DNA from: Sedimentisphaerales bacterium
GTDB taxonomy: Bacteria; Planctomycetota; Phycisphaerae; Sedimentisphaerales; SM23-30
Assembly: GCA_963663965.2 (NCBI GenBank)
Contig: CAXXFK010000037.1
Span: forward strand, 19,350 to 83,349
Reading direction: 5' to 3'
DNA: 64,000 nucleotides
A program made the translations under genes and the position numbers. A model generated the notes under the pieces. The model made no database searches. It was not told the DNA's origin and worked only from the letters and a program-made list of their open reading frames with translations. Shown here piece after piece: positions 1 to 9,082 of the stretch. Each line of letters starts with the position of its first letter. Positions within the stretch are counted from its first letter, which is position 1.

Positions 1-40
1 ATATACGCGTTAGATAACTATTCATTTTGGAGGAAAAGTT

Positions 41-3000
41 ATGCTATCCACGGTTTCGGTTGTTTTATACAATCTTAAAAGCGTATATCATGGCCTAAAA
101 AAGAACTTCTTCAGGTTGAATGGCAGCCATTCAGGGAGGGCCACCCATTATTCCTGTTGCCTTGAACAGTGTGAATCACGGGTCATGCTTTCGGGTACGA
201 TGGAGACCTGGGATAGCGCCAAAGCGGGCAAGTATGTTCCAAATGATGATGATCCGACCTTTATTTCAGGTGATATGGGTAAATGGGTGGTTGACGATAC
301 GGTTTCATCATTTCCGGAATGCGGACCAACTAAAAATTATGCCCAAATCAGCGGCGGGGTTCTCAAGCTGCATGCCGATGAATCCGATCCGGATGAAGGT
401 TGCGCCGATAATATCTGGGCGGCGCTCTTTAAAGGATTTGACGGTATTCCGATCAACGGTTCCAAGGCCATTCCGTTTGATTCACAGACGGTCATCTCCT
501 TCGATGTGGCCGGTGAACTCGAACATCCAGATCGGGGTTGGGTGAGCGCCCTGTCGTATGATTCCATCTGTCTCAGCCTCGAAACGAAATCGGGGATCGT
601 TCTGGATTATGTCTTTGATCGTCATGAAGACCGCCGCGAAAATTCCGCGGCGGATTATCATGACCTTGACTTCTGGAGAGAGGTGTTTCTGGATATGGAA
701 GGGGGGAGCTATACCCGGAACCTCTATAACGACTTTGCGACCATCCCAGCCTTTTCAGATGGATACTTAACGGCCAATGATTTGCTTATCCATTCGATCG
801 GGTTTGAAGTCGGCGATACCGGCTGGGGGACGCTGGACAATTTGCGTATCGGCGAGACCCTGCCCGGCATCAGCATACACGCATCCGATCCGGATGCGTC
901 CGAAAGCAACCTGGATCCGGGCCGGTTGGTCATCAGCCGGAGCGGATCGACGGACAAAGCGGTCAATGTGACATTGAACATCCAGACCGGGGACAGCAAT
1001 GCGGCGACCGAAGGGATCGATTACCAGACGATTGCCAGATCGGTCCGGATCCCCGCCGGGCAATCGTCAGTTGCGGTAGATATTCTGCCACTTCAGGACA
1101 ATCAGGCGGAAGGCGATGAAACGGTGACAGTTAGTATTACCGCTCCCAGCGGGTATATGCTTTCCGGTCAAGCCGAAGCAACCGTTACAATAGCTGATGA
1201 TGATTTTCCGGAAGTCAGCGTTACCGCCAGCGATGCGTTTGCCTCGGAAGGCGGGTATAACACTGGCCAATTCACCATCAAACGCCTGGGTGAAGCCTTA
1301 GATTCTCTCGACATATATTATTCATTAGAGGGTACGGCTGAAAAGGAAATAGATTTTGAATATCTGAGCGGTACTGTTCATTTTGAAATTGGACAAAGAA
1401 CCTCGGTCGTTGATGTCGTGCCAATAGATGACCAGATTACAGAACCGACTGAGTTTGTCACACTGACTTTGATCGATGGGGATGGTTACGATATTGGAGC
1501 TTCCGGATCCAGCACTGTTTACATCGACGACAACGAAATTAAGATTCTATATTATGAAGTTCAAAATTCAATACCCATAGAAGATTCAAGTCATATAGTA
1601 TGGATAACAGACTTCCCGGAACAAGCAGAACCGATTGCCGACGCCATATCACAACCCGGTTTTCTGGTTCATGCGGTTTTTGATTTTCCCCAAGGAGTTA
1701 ATCCCAATGTTATTTGCAACTATCATATCAGAGGAACCAATCTTCAAGGCCAGGCAAAAACAACCTATTTAGATAATAATACTTTTCGTATTCCAACACC
1801 TTCAACGGTTGGAGAATACGACCTGACTCTGTCATTTTGGACTGATGATCCTGAAAAAGGGCAATTCATGTTCCAAAAAACCGAACACCTTTTATATCAG
1901 ATTTTGGATGAACCTGAAACCACTGACAAAACCGTGACAAAAAAAGAATTAGAGACTGCAACACGATTTGCCGCCGGTGCTACTAGAAAAAACAATTCCC
2001 TGAAACCGCCTTACGATGATGCACTGAATAGAATTATGGCCTCTATCGATGCCGCTAATTGGAAATATGAAACGGTCGCACCCCCACATAATTACATGGG
2101 CTTGATAACAGATACTGTTGATTCTGGCGATTGCAATGACTTTTCCTTTGCCATGAAAAAAATTGGGCAGATTCTTGGGATTGGTGGTTTAAGTACTATC
2201 TGCGATAAAGGACGCTACAATAATGGCTTTCTAACATTAAATAACCCCGCGCTTCCTCTGGAATCACCTGATGAACAAACAGGAAATGCATCAAACTATC
2301 TGTATACTAATACCAAATGGGACCGCTGGTATTTCCCTTCTCATACTTTTGTCGTCTACGGTTCAACATGGTATGACCCAACATTTAATACCTCTTATAA
2401 TGGAAAAGATGATTGGTGGAATAATATTGACAGCACAATTGAATCACACGACAACTGGGAACAGGGTGAACTTTATGCCGTTCAATTTATAAAAGTAGAC
2501 AAACATGGCCGATTTCAATATCGATTGGGAAATATACCGCCCGAGGCTGATTCTGAAAATAAAGTTTCATTGTCAGAACAGGCACAAGTCATCTATAACG
2601 ATCTTGATAAAAATGGATTATACGAATCGCTGACCATCAATATGACTGTCTCAGGTTTGGCAGGCGATTACCTCCTTGCCGGACATTTACGCATCGGCCA
2701 AGATGTCATATCATTAACCGAAACCATGGGAGCTGAATATCATTCATCAACCTATTTCACCTTGGAAGGATCAACATCTACTCAAACAGTATCCATACAA
2801 TTTAGCGGTGAAAGTATCCGTAAAATTGATATATCGAACCGGGAAGTTATCGCGGATCTTTATGTTTTAGATGACCTGGGCATTAAGCAAGACAATACTT
2901 CAGTAGCAGTAGGCACACTGGATTCAAATTTATTTGGAGAAAACAATGGGTATCTCCAGAATCTTGATGTTGTTTTACTGAATACTGGTTCTGACGACAC

Positions 3001-6000
3001 TGTTAATTCCATCCACGTTGAAGCGGAAACGATTGCCACCTCTGCCGGTGAACTTACTCTGGTATTGTCTATCCAAGACGCATACAACACGCTCGCATTT
3101 AGCGCCGAAAAAATAACTCCAGGCATTTCTTCTATCGCCGCATTCTTTGATGCTGAAGTACTGACATACGCTGCTCCCTCCGATTACCTTACTGTTACGG
3201 CAGAATTATTCGATGGAGATCACAGTATTGCCTATCACAAAGACCAGTTAAGCATTGAAGATATTTTATTGCCTCTTCCAAAGTTATGTAATACCACATA
3301 TATCAATGACAGAACAAACAACTTGGATTCGGATAATCTTTGGGATGAACTAATTGTCGACATGAGTGTTGACGTGCTAATTCCTGATATGTATGAATTC
3401 GAAGCATGGCTTTATAATAAAAATGAAGACTTACTTGATATTGCCATTGTTAAACAAAATCTAACTAAAGGCACAAACATCTTCTCACTTATATTTGATG
3501 GAGGAATGATTGGCCAGGCCGAAGTAAACGGGCCCTATTCGCTCAGTTATCTTAACATAAAAGATAGCTCCGATACCATTATCTGTTCACTTTATAATAT
3601 TGGTGAAACTAAACCCTATCAGGTAACCCGCTTTGAAAATAGCCCCGGAAACAGGATACCCCAAACTCACATTCTGGCTATTGGCGTCCGTGATGAATTC
3701 ACTAATATTGCATCTGATATCGCGGCACAACGCTTATCAAAAGCCTTCGAATATCTTCCGGGTGTCTCTTCCAATGAATTGATAATGCTTAACTCGGCAA
3801 ACTCAGGCAACTATTCAGCTATCATCGACGCCGTCGAATTGGCCGGAAGGATTGTAAGGCCTGGAGACACATTCATTTTCTACTTTGGTTCCCATGGTGG
3901 TTATAATATTTCTGGCGATGAAGCGCCTGTTATGACCCAGTACAATCCTGAAAATCTCGATGCACGAATAAAAACCACAGGCGATGAAACGATGTATCTT
4001 TCTTCCGTTGATGGTTCCCAAAATGTTATGACTGACGACCAATTCAGCCAGCTCTTTGTTGGCGGAACCTGGCCTGAAGTCAACAAGTTGTTCATTATGG
4101 ATACCTGTTTTTCCGGAGGCCATATCGGATCCACCGAATATGGCGATACGGGGGATCTTTCTCGACTTAACAGAACGGGGGTTATTACGGCCGCAGAGGA
4201 AGGCAATTTTGGTTGGGCCAGATGGGATTGGTCGACAAATGCATATATCAATATTCTTGCAACCGGATTGACAAATGCGATCTTAGACCTCAAAAATGCC
4301 GACGAATTAACCTATGCGATGCTATTTGAAAAAGCTTCAGTATCTGGCTCTGTATTTGATGGGGAAAATGGTCGCCTGATAACATTTGATCCTGACATTC
4401 AGGACATCTGGAAAAATGATGTCATCATCGAATTTAATCCGGGATTCAACCAGTCAAAAGGCTTCGAAGGCGCCGTCGGTGAAGTCGTTGAACTGGATTT
4501 GCCGGCTAACGCACCGGACTTGACGGGTAATCTGGTGGATGTGGTCATGCCTGCTTCGCTGGTGACTGGCCAGGGTGGTTCGGGTAAGATCGTATTGGCC
4601 GTCGTCAATGATGGCACGGTTGCCGTCGACAAGGGGCAGAAAATAGATATCCGAGTTGTGGCGCGTCCAATCGCCGGCGGACCGGATGTCCATTTAACCA
4701 CCTTATCCAATCAGTCGATCAGCGCTTTGGCGCCCGGCCAGAGCAAACTGTTCAAGGCAAAGATAAACATTCCCGCAACCCTGACAGAGGGTGACTATAC
4801 CCTGCTCATTCTGGTTGACAGCCTGGATGGGTTAGATGAATCGGATGAGTCAAACAATTCGATCGCATCGGATTCCGCGACCCTCCGCGTCGCGCCTCCA
4901 TTCTTCGACCTGGCCGGTTCCGTACTGGCATCCAAACTGCCTGAGCATATTATCTCCGGAGATGGCGCCAAAATCTCCCTGCCGGTTGTCGTAACCAATC
5001 TGGGCAATATTCCGATAGATAATGCCGCGATCGATCTGGCCATTATCGCTCGTCCCGGAGGCGGAGGTCAGGATCTGGTGATTGATACCATTCAGGGATT
5101 GTCCGTTAGCCAGTTAAAGCCCGGTGCGGACAAAAAAGTTAAATGCAATGTAATGCTACCGGCCGGTCTGCCCACGGAACAGTATACTCTGGTGGTAAGC
5201 ATTGACAGTGGTAATCAGGTGCTGGAAACTAATGAGTTGAATAACGAGGCCATATCCGAAATCTTGAGTGTCGAACTGGGCGCCATCGACTTATCCGGCC
5301 ATCTGGAAAAAGTCACCCTGCCTTCGGCAGTTATCCAGGGAACCGGCGCGTCAGGCAAAATGCAGATCGTGGTTACCAATCTGGGCAATGTACCGGTAGC
5401 CAAGGGGCAGACGATAGACATTGACCTTCAACTTCGATCAATCGATGACGGACAGGACACCCCATTGATGACTATTCACGATGCGGCCATCAGTAATCTT
5501 AAACCTGGCAAGAGCAAAAAAATATCCACATCCGTCACGATCACGGATGCCATTGCCTCCGGCGACTATTTCCTGGTAGCGAAAATCGATTCTGCGAACG
5601 AGGTGCCCGGTGAACAGAATCAAGCGAACAGCGAGGCCATCAGCCATATGATCAGTATCGCCCCACCGTTTTATGATCTGACCGCGGCCTTGTCAAATCC
5701 CCAACTCCCCACCAGGATCGTTTCCGGCGATGGCACGAAAATCACATTGCCGGTTACCGTTACCAACCAAGGCAATATTCCGCTGGGCGATCAGGCTATT
5801 GACCTGGCCATTGCGATTCGCCCCAACGAAGGCGGCGAGGATATTGTCATTGATACGATCCAGGGCCAATCGGTGAAGAATATGAAACCCGGTGCGGCCA
5901 AAACGATCAACTGCGAGGCACTACTGCCCGCCGGCATTCCCGAGGATCTTTACCATCTGGTCGTGTTGGTGGACAGCAGTAATTTAATCGAGGAATATAA

Positions 6001-6817
6001 TGAACTGAACAATGAGGCCGTTTCTGATGTCATGGCGGTTGAACCGGGTGAGATCGATCTGAGTGGCCAGATTAATGCCATTACGTTGCCCAAATCATTT
6101 GTTGCCGGCCAATCCGGCCGGAGCCTGGCTGAAATCACTATTTACAACACCGGCAACGTACCAGTTGCCGGAGATTCGGTTAATCCCCTGGTAAAAGTCA
6201 TGTTCACTCCGGTTGATTCCAATGAAACCATTGAAATTGGATCTGCAACATTCGCGAAATCGATTCTGCCAGACAGTTCTGTTACATTAAAAGTGGCTTT
6301 AGAACCTCCAGCCAGTTTGTCCCAGAACCAATATCAGGTGACCGTCCTGCTCGATCCGGATAATTCAAGAACCGAATCCGATGAATCCAACAATATCCTC
6401 GTTCATCCTGACACCTGGAATGTTACTCTTCCTCCTGCCGATCTGATTCTGTCAGCATGCAATGTTCCCGGAAAAATTTATGGTTATGAGCGTTTTTATG
6501 TATCAGACACCGTCAAAAATATCGGCGGCAATCTAAAAACCTCGACCCATCTGGCCTATTACCTGTCGCAAGACAAGAAACTGAGTGGAGATGACATGGA
6601 ACTGGGTGACCGGACAATATCGCCTTTAAATTCCGGCCAGTCGGACAGCGGCAGTACCCGGCTGAGTACTTGGAACATGATCAATCCTTTCGACCAGCCC
6701 ATACCCTATTATATTATTGTGGTGGTCGATTCATATGGCCAGGTTCAGGAGGGAAGTTCTGGTGAAACCAATAATATTAAATCCTATTCCGTCAAGTTTA
6801 TGCCGGGTGATGAATAA
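41..6817 (+). CDS. Large secreted multidomain protein (LEPR-XLL-like leader, 2x Calx-beta, transglutaminase-like domain, Ig-like DxDxNG repeats, caspase/C14-like domain, 6x CARDB)
   Basis: 2258-aa ORF with GGAGG at 29-33. Motifs: LEQCESRVMLS leader; Calx-beta (PLQDNQAEGDETVTVSI, PIDDQITEPTEFVTLTL); GDCNDF...HTFV...WYDPTF; FYFGSHGG...MDTCFSGG; repeated DL...(V/T)NxGN...DSxNxVxExNExNN CARDB units. Confidence 0.85.
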   Translation: MLSTVSVVLYNLKSVYHGLKKNFFRLNGSHSGRATHYSCCLEQCESRVMLSGTMETWDSAKAGKYVPNDDDPTFISGDMGKWVVDDTVSSFPECGPTKNYAQISGGVLKLHADESDPDEGCADNIWAALFKGFDGIPINGSKAIPFDSQTVISFDVAGELEHPDRGWVSALSYDSICLSLETKSGIVLDYVFDRHEDRRENSAADYHDLDFWREVFLDMEGGSYTRNLYNDFATIPAFSDGYLTANDLLIHSIGFEVGDTGWGTLDNLRIGETLPGISIHASDPDASESNLDPGRLVISRSGSTDKAVNVTLNIQTGDSNAATEGIDYQTIARSVRIPAGQSSVAVDILPLQDNQAEGDETVTVSITAPSGYMLSGQAEATVTIADDDFPEVSVTASDAFASEGGYNTGQFTIKRLGEALDSLDIYYSLEGTAEKEIDFEYLSGTVHFEIGQRTSVVDVVPIDDQITEPTEFVTLTLIDGDGYDIGASGSSTVYIDDNEIKILYYEVQNSIPIEDSSHIVWITDFPEQAEPIADAISQPGFLVHAVFDFPQGVNPNVICNYHIRGTNLQGQAKTTYLDNNTFRIPTPSTVGEYDLTLSFWTDDPEKGQFMFQKTEHLLYQILDEPETTDKTVTKKELETATRFAAGATRKNNSLKPPYDDALNRIMASIDAANWKYETVAPPHNYMGLITDTVDSGDCNDFSFAMKKIGQILGIGGLSTICDKGRYNNGFLTLNNPALPLESPDEQTGNASNYLYTNTKWDRWYFPSHTFVVYGSTWYDPTFNTSYNGKDDWWNNIDSTIESHDNWEQGELYAVQFIKVDKHGRFQYRLGNIPPEADSENKVSLSEQAQVIYNDLDKNGLYESLTINMTVSGLAGDYLLAGHLRIGQDVISLTETMGAEYHSSTYFTLEGSTSTQTVSIQFSGESIRKIDISNREVIADLYVLDDLGIKQDNTSVAVGTLDSNLFGENNGYLQNLDVVLLNTGSDDTVNSIHVEAETIATSAGELTLVLSIQDAYNTLAFSAEKITPGISSIAAFFDAEVLTYAAPSDYLTVTAELFDGDHSIAYHKDQLSIEDILLPLPKLCNTTYINDRTNNLDSDNLWDELIVDMSVDVLIPDMYEFEAWLYNKNEDLLDIAIVKQNLTKGTNIFSLIFDGGMIGQAEVNGPYSLSYLNIKDSSDTIICSLYNIGETKPYQVTRFENSPGNRIPQTHILAIGVRDEFTNIASDIAAQRLSKAFEYLPGVSSNELIMLNSANSGNYSAIIDAVELAGRIVRPGDTFIFYFGSHGGYNISGDEAPVMTQYNPENLDARIKTTGDETMYLSSVDGSQNVMTDDQFSQLFVGGTWPEVNKLFIMDTCFSGGHIGSTEYGDTGDLSRLNRTGVITAAEEGNFGWARWDWSTNAYINILATGLTNAILDLKNADELTYAMLFEKASVSGSVFDGENGRLITFDPDIQDIWKNDVIIEFNPGFNQSKGFEGAVGEVVELDLPANAPDLTGNLVDVVMPASLVTGQGGSGKIVLAVVNDGTVAVDKGQKIDIRVVARPIAGGPDVHLTTLSNQSISALAPGQSKLFKAKINIPATLTEGDYTLLILVDSLDGLDESDESNNSIASDSATLRVAPPFFDLAGSVLASKLPEHIISGDGAKISLPVVVTNLGNIPIDNAAIDLAIIARPGGGGQDLVIDTIQGLSVSQLKPGADKKVKCNVMLPAGLPTEQYTLVVSIDSGNQVLETNELNNEAISEILSVELGAIDLSGHLEKVTLPSAVIQGTGASGKMQIVVTNLGNVPVAKGQTIDIDLQLRSIDDGQDTPLMTIHDAAISNLKPGKSKKISTSVTITDAIASGDYFLVAKIDSANEVPGEQNQANSEAISHMISIAPPFYDLTAALSNPQLPTRIVSGDGTKITLPVTVTNQGNIPLGDQAIDLAIAIRPNEGGEDIVIDTIQGQSVKNMKPGAAKTINCEALLPAGIPEDLYHLVVLVDSSNLIEEYNELNNEAVSDVMAVEPGEIDLSGQINAITLPKSFVAGQSGRSLAEITIYNTGNVPVAGDSVNPLVKVMFTPVDSNETIEIGSATFAKSILPDSSVTLKVALEPPASLSQNQYQVTVLLDPDNSRTESDESNNILVHPDTWNVTLPPADLILSACNVPGKIYGYERFYVSDTVKNIGGNLKTSTHLAYYLSQDKKLSGDDMELGDRTISPLNSGQSDSGSTRLSTWNMINPFDQPIPYYIIVVVDSYGQVQEGSSGETNNIKSYSVKFMPGDE

Positions 6818-6916
6818 GAAAGGATCAAGTTCGCCGATTTACTATTGGGATTAGTGAAGAACGCCGCTTTCTCCAGGCCTGACATAATGAACAAACATTG
6901 GGAGTGTTTCCCCTGG

Positions 6917-7273
6917 CTACTTATTCCCCGGATATCCCCAGGAATTTTTAAAGGCGATCGATACATTGGTGGTGGTACATCGCGCCAGGAGTTTTCTGTG
7001 TTCTTCCGTTTTGACACAATCCATCAAATGCTCGGCAAACGAAGCATAAACGGCGTCCATGATGTTTCGATCGGGTAAATCCAGCAACCGGTCCATCGCC
7101 CGCATAATCGCCTTCAAGGTATCCAGATCATGCTTTGCCATCGAATCCTTGTATAAACTCAGCATTTCAATAACCAGATTCCCGGCATTATTGGGGTAAT
7201 TTTTATCAGGATGGCAAAGCAACCGCTTAAACCGGGGTAATTCTTCCAGAATGATTTTTCGCCATTTCGCCAT
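6917..7273 (-). CDS. Hypothetical small helical protein (immunity-protein-like)
   Basis: 118-aa ORF co-oriented with and downstream of the HNH gene. The C-terminal 'DRNIMDAVYASFAEHL' segment recalls small helical immunity-type proteins (recall, unverified). Confidence 0.55.
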   Translation of the reverse strand: MAKWRKIILEELPRFKRLLCHPDKNYPNNAGNLVIEMLSLYKDSMAKHDLDTLKAIMRAMDRLLDLPDRNIMDAVYASFAEHLMDCVKTEEHRKLLARCTTTNVSIAFKNSWGYPGNK

Positions 7274-7359
7274 TTTATTCTCAATTATGCGACTCTACTT
7301 ACCCATTATGTTCAATCACTTCTATTCTACTCAATAATATCCAACCATATACTATTAGA

Positions 7360-8076
7360 CTATTCATTTTCGTCACAGCTTACGATTGCACTTATTTTTA
7401 TTCTGTCCCAAATATTGATATCCCAAAAGCTACCACGAGATAAAGGATCAATAATATATTTTGCCTTGAAATTTCCACCAAGCGAAAATTGTTTTCCTTG
7501 ATTTTTCAAGCAATAATAAAACTCTTCAGGCATCTTTTGCCAAAGGAATATTTCTATTGAATTATTTGTTTCAATATATGTTTGGTTAAAGACGTATGTT
7601 AATCCGTATACTAATTTTTTTGCAAACTGTTTTAAACTATTTTCTGAAAGTAAAATTGGAACACCGGATCCATTTGCACCAAAACCGGGAACAACTGCTG
7701 TACTATATTCATTGTAATCAATGTTAGACACTAAATCGTAACTCTCCTTAATAAAATTACGTTTAATTGAACTCCGAACATTTTCATCCTTTTCATTGCG
7801 ACCACATGATACATCAATAGCTTTTACTGCATTGTTAGCAATTTTTTTAAAATTTGGATCTTCCGGATTCAAACCCAATCCCAATTTCCTTATTAACTCC
7901 CCCTCTATTTTACTATATTTTTGATTGCACTTTTCACAAGCTGGCACTTGATATTGCTCTCCTCTAAAATTACTATCATCTGGATACCAAGATTTTGGCA
8001 ACACATGGTCAGATGTCATTTTCTCATAATAAGATAGACAATAGACGCAACGATAATTCTTAAATTTCTTACTCAT
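7360..8076 (-). CDS. HNH endonuclease domain protein
   Basis: 238-aa ORF with CVYC...SDHVLPKSW...VPACEKCN, the zinc-binding HNH/McrA-type signature. Strongly AT-rich. Confidence 0.8.
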   Translation of the reverse strand: MSKKFKNYRCVYCLSYYEKMTSDHVLPKSWYPDDSNFRGEQYQVPACEKCNQKYSKIEGELIRKLGLGLNPEDPNFKKIANNAVKAIDVSCGRNEKDENVRSSIKRNFIKESYDLVSNIDYNEYSTAVVPGFGANGSGVPILLSENSLKQFAKKLVYGLTYVFNQTYIETNNSIEIFLWQKMPEEFYYCLKNQGKQFSLGGNFKAKYIIDPLSRGSFWDINIWDRIKISAIVSCDENE

Positions 8077-8215
8077 AACAGATCAATGCATATTCAATTT
8101 GCACTCTTTTCTGTAAGACTAAAATTTCGTTGAGATAATGATTCGGATTATACTAACGTTTTTCAGTAAAGGCATTTATATTTCAATTTTAATCTAATGA
8201 CAACATATAGTCTGT

Positions 8216-8479
8216 TCATTTCAAATCCCTCACCCTTTCTTGAATATAAAGCAATTTAATCCTCTTCTTGATATAATCTTTCTCCATAAACTCCAGCCGA
8301 TACTGAATCTCCTGTTCGTAGGTTCGCTCCCGGCCGGGCTGCTGATAGCCGGCGATATGTTTTTGGATGGTCGCATCGGTAAACAAACCCAGTTGGGCTT
8401 TACAGGTTTCGCAGATCGGGTACCCAAACAGTTCGGCCCCGGGCTGGCCGCACTGGAAACAGGGTTCTGGGTTTTTCAT
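8216..8479 (-). CDS. Hypothetical protein with CxxC...CxxC zinc-ribbon motif
   Basis: 87-aa ORF with CFQC...CETC. AAGGAG Shine-Dalgarno upstream on the minus strand (ctcctt at ~8486-8491). Confidence 0.65.
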   Translation of the reverse strand: MKNPEPCFQCGQPGAELFGYPICETCKAQLGLFTDATIQKHIAGYQQPGRERTYEQEIQYRLEFMEKDYIKKRIKLLYIQERVRDLK

Positions 8480-8687
8480 AATAAACTCCTTTGATAACTA
8501 TTACGAGCGCCTCGAATCCATTCATGATTGTCAAACTTGTGTCACTATTGGCCGGGATAAATTTGGAACCGGGTTATGCCGGCCTGGTTGAGTTTGCGTA
8601 ATCTTTTGAAATAAACTATCCTGTGACGTCATGAGAATAAAGAATATTTTTATAAAAGTCCCGCCGGGCGGCATCCTGTCTGATCGC

Positions 8688-8728
8688 CCGCAAGGTAAGT
8701 TTTTATATGTAAAAGACTTACCTTGCGG
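8688..8728. repeat. Inverted repeat with 13-bp perfect arms
   Basis: CCGCAAGGTAAGT (8688-8700) and ACTTACCTTGCGG (8716-8728) are exact reverse complements; the AT-rich spacer is also nearly palindromic. Confidence 0.9.
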
Positions 8729-8940
8729 CCTAAGGAGCCATTCAACGATTAATGGGATCTATTCTCCGGTTTAAGACTTGAGCTGTCCGGTTCATTTATG
8801 GACACCATCGGGAATAAATCCGACCACGAAATCTGTTCAAAATGAAGGCACGGGCAGCGTATTAGATCGCCAAATCCACACTGCCTCAATTCCCCTTCCA
8901 TAACACGCCGCTAAAAAAGGTTACATGTTCATAGGCTTTG

Positions 8941-8949
8941 TGATATAAT
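8941..8949 (+). promoter_or_regulatory. Putative extended -10 sigma70 promoter for the GH20 gene
   Basis: TGaTATAAT about 135 bp upstream of the likely start. Confidence 0.45.
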
Positions 8950-9082
8950 CCGGACAAATAATGTCAGTGAAATCCTGTTTTTATTTAATTTTATACAGAA
9001 CGCAATGGGCAAAACCCGGCGCCGGCACAAAACGCGCTTTTAAAAAGGCTTTGGTCAGAACATTATTGTGGAGGCTTTCTCA

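Noticed and set aside
6784..7078. Short ORFs 6784-7017 (-) and 6845-7078 (+)
   Set aside because: They overlap better-supported genes and show no protein-like features.
6818..8620. Integron cassette array explaining the three small co-oriented genes
   Set aside because: No attC-like RYYYAAC...GTTRRRY inverted structures were found between the genes, and there is no integrase in the window.
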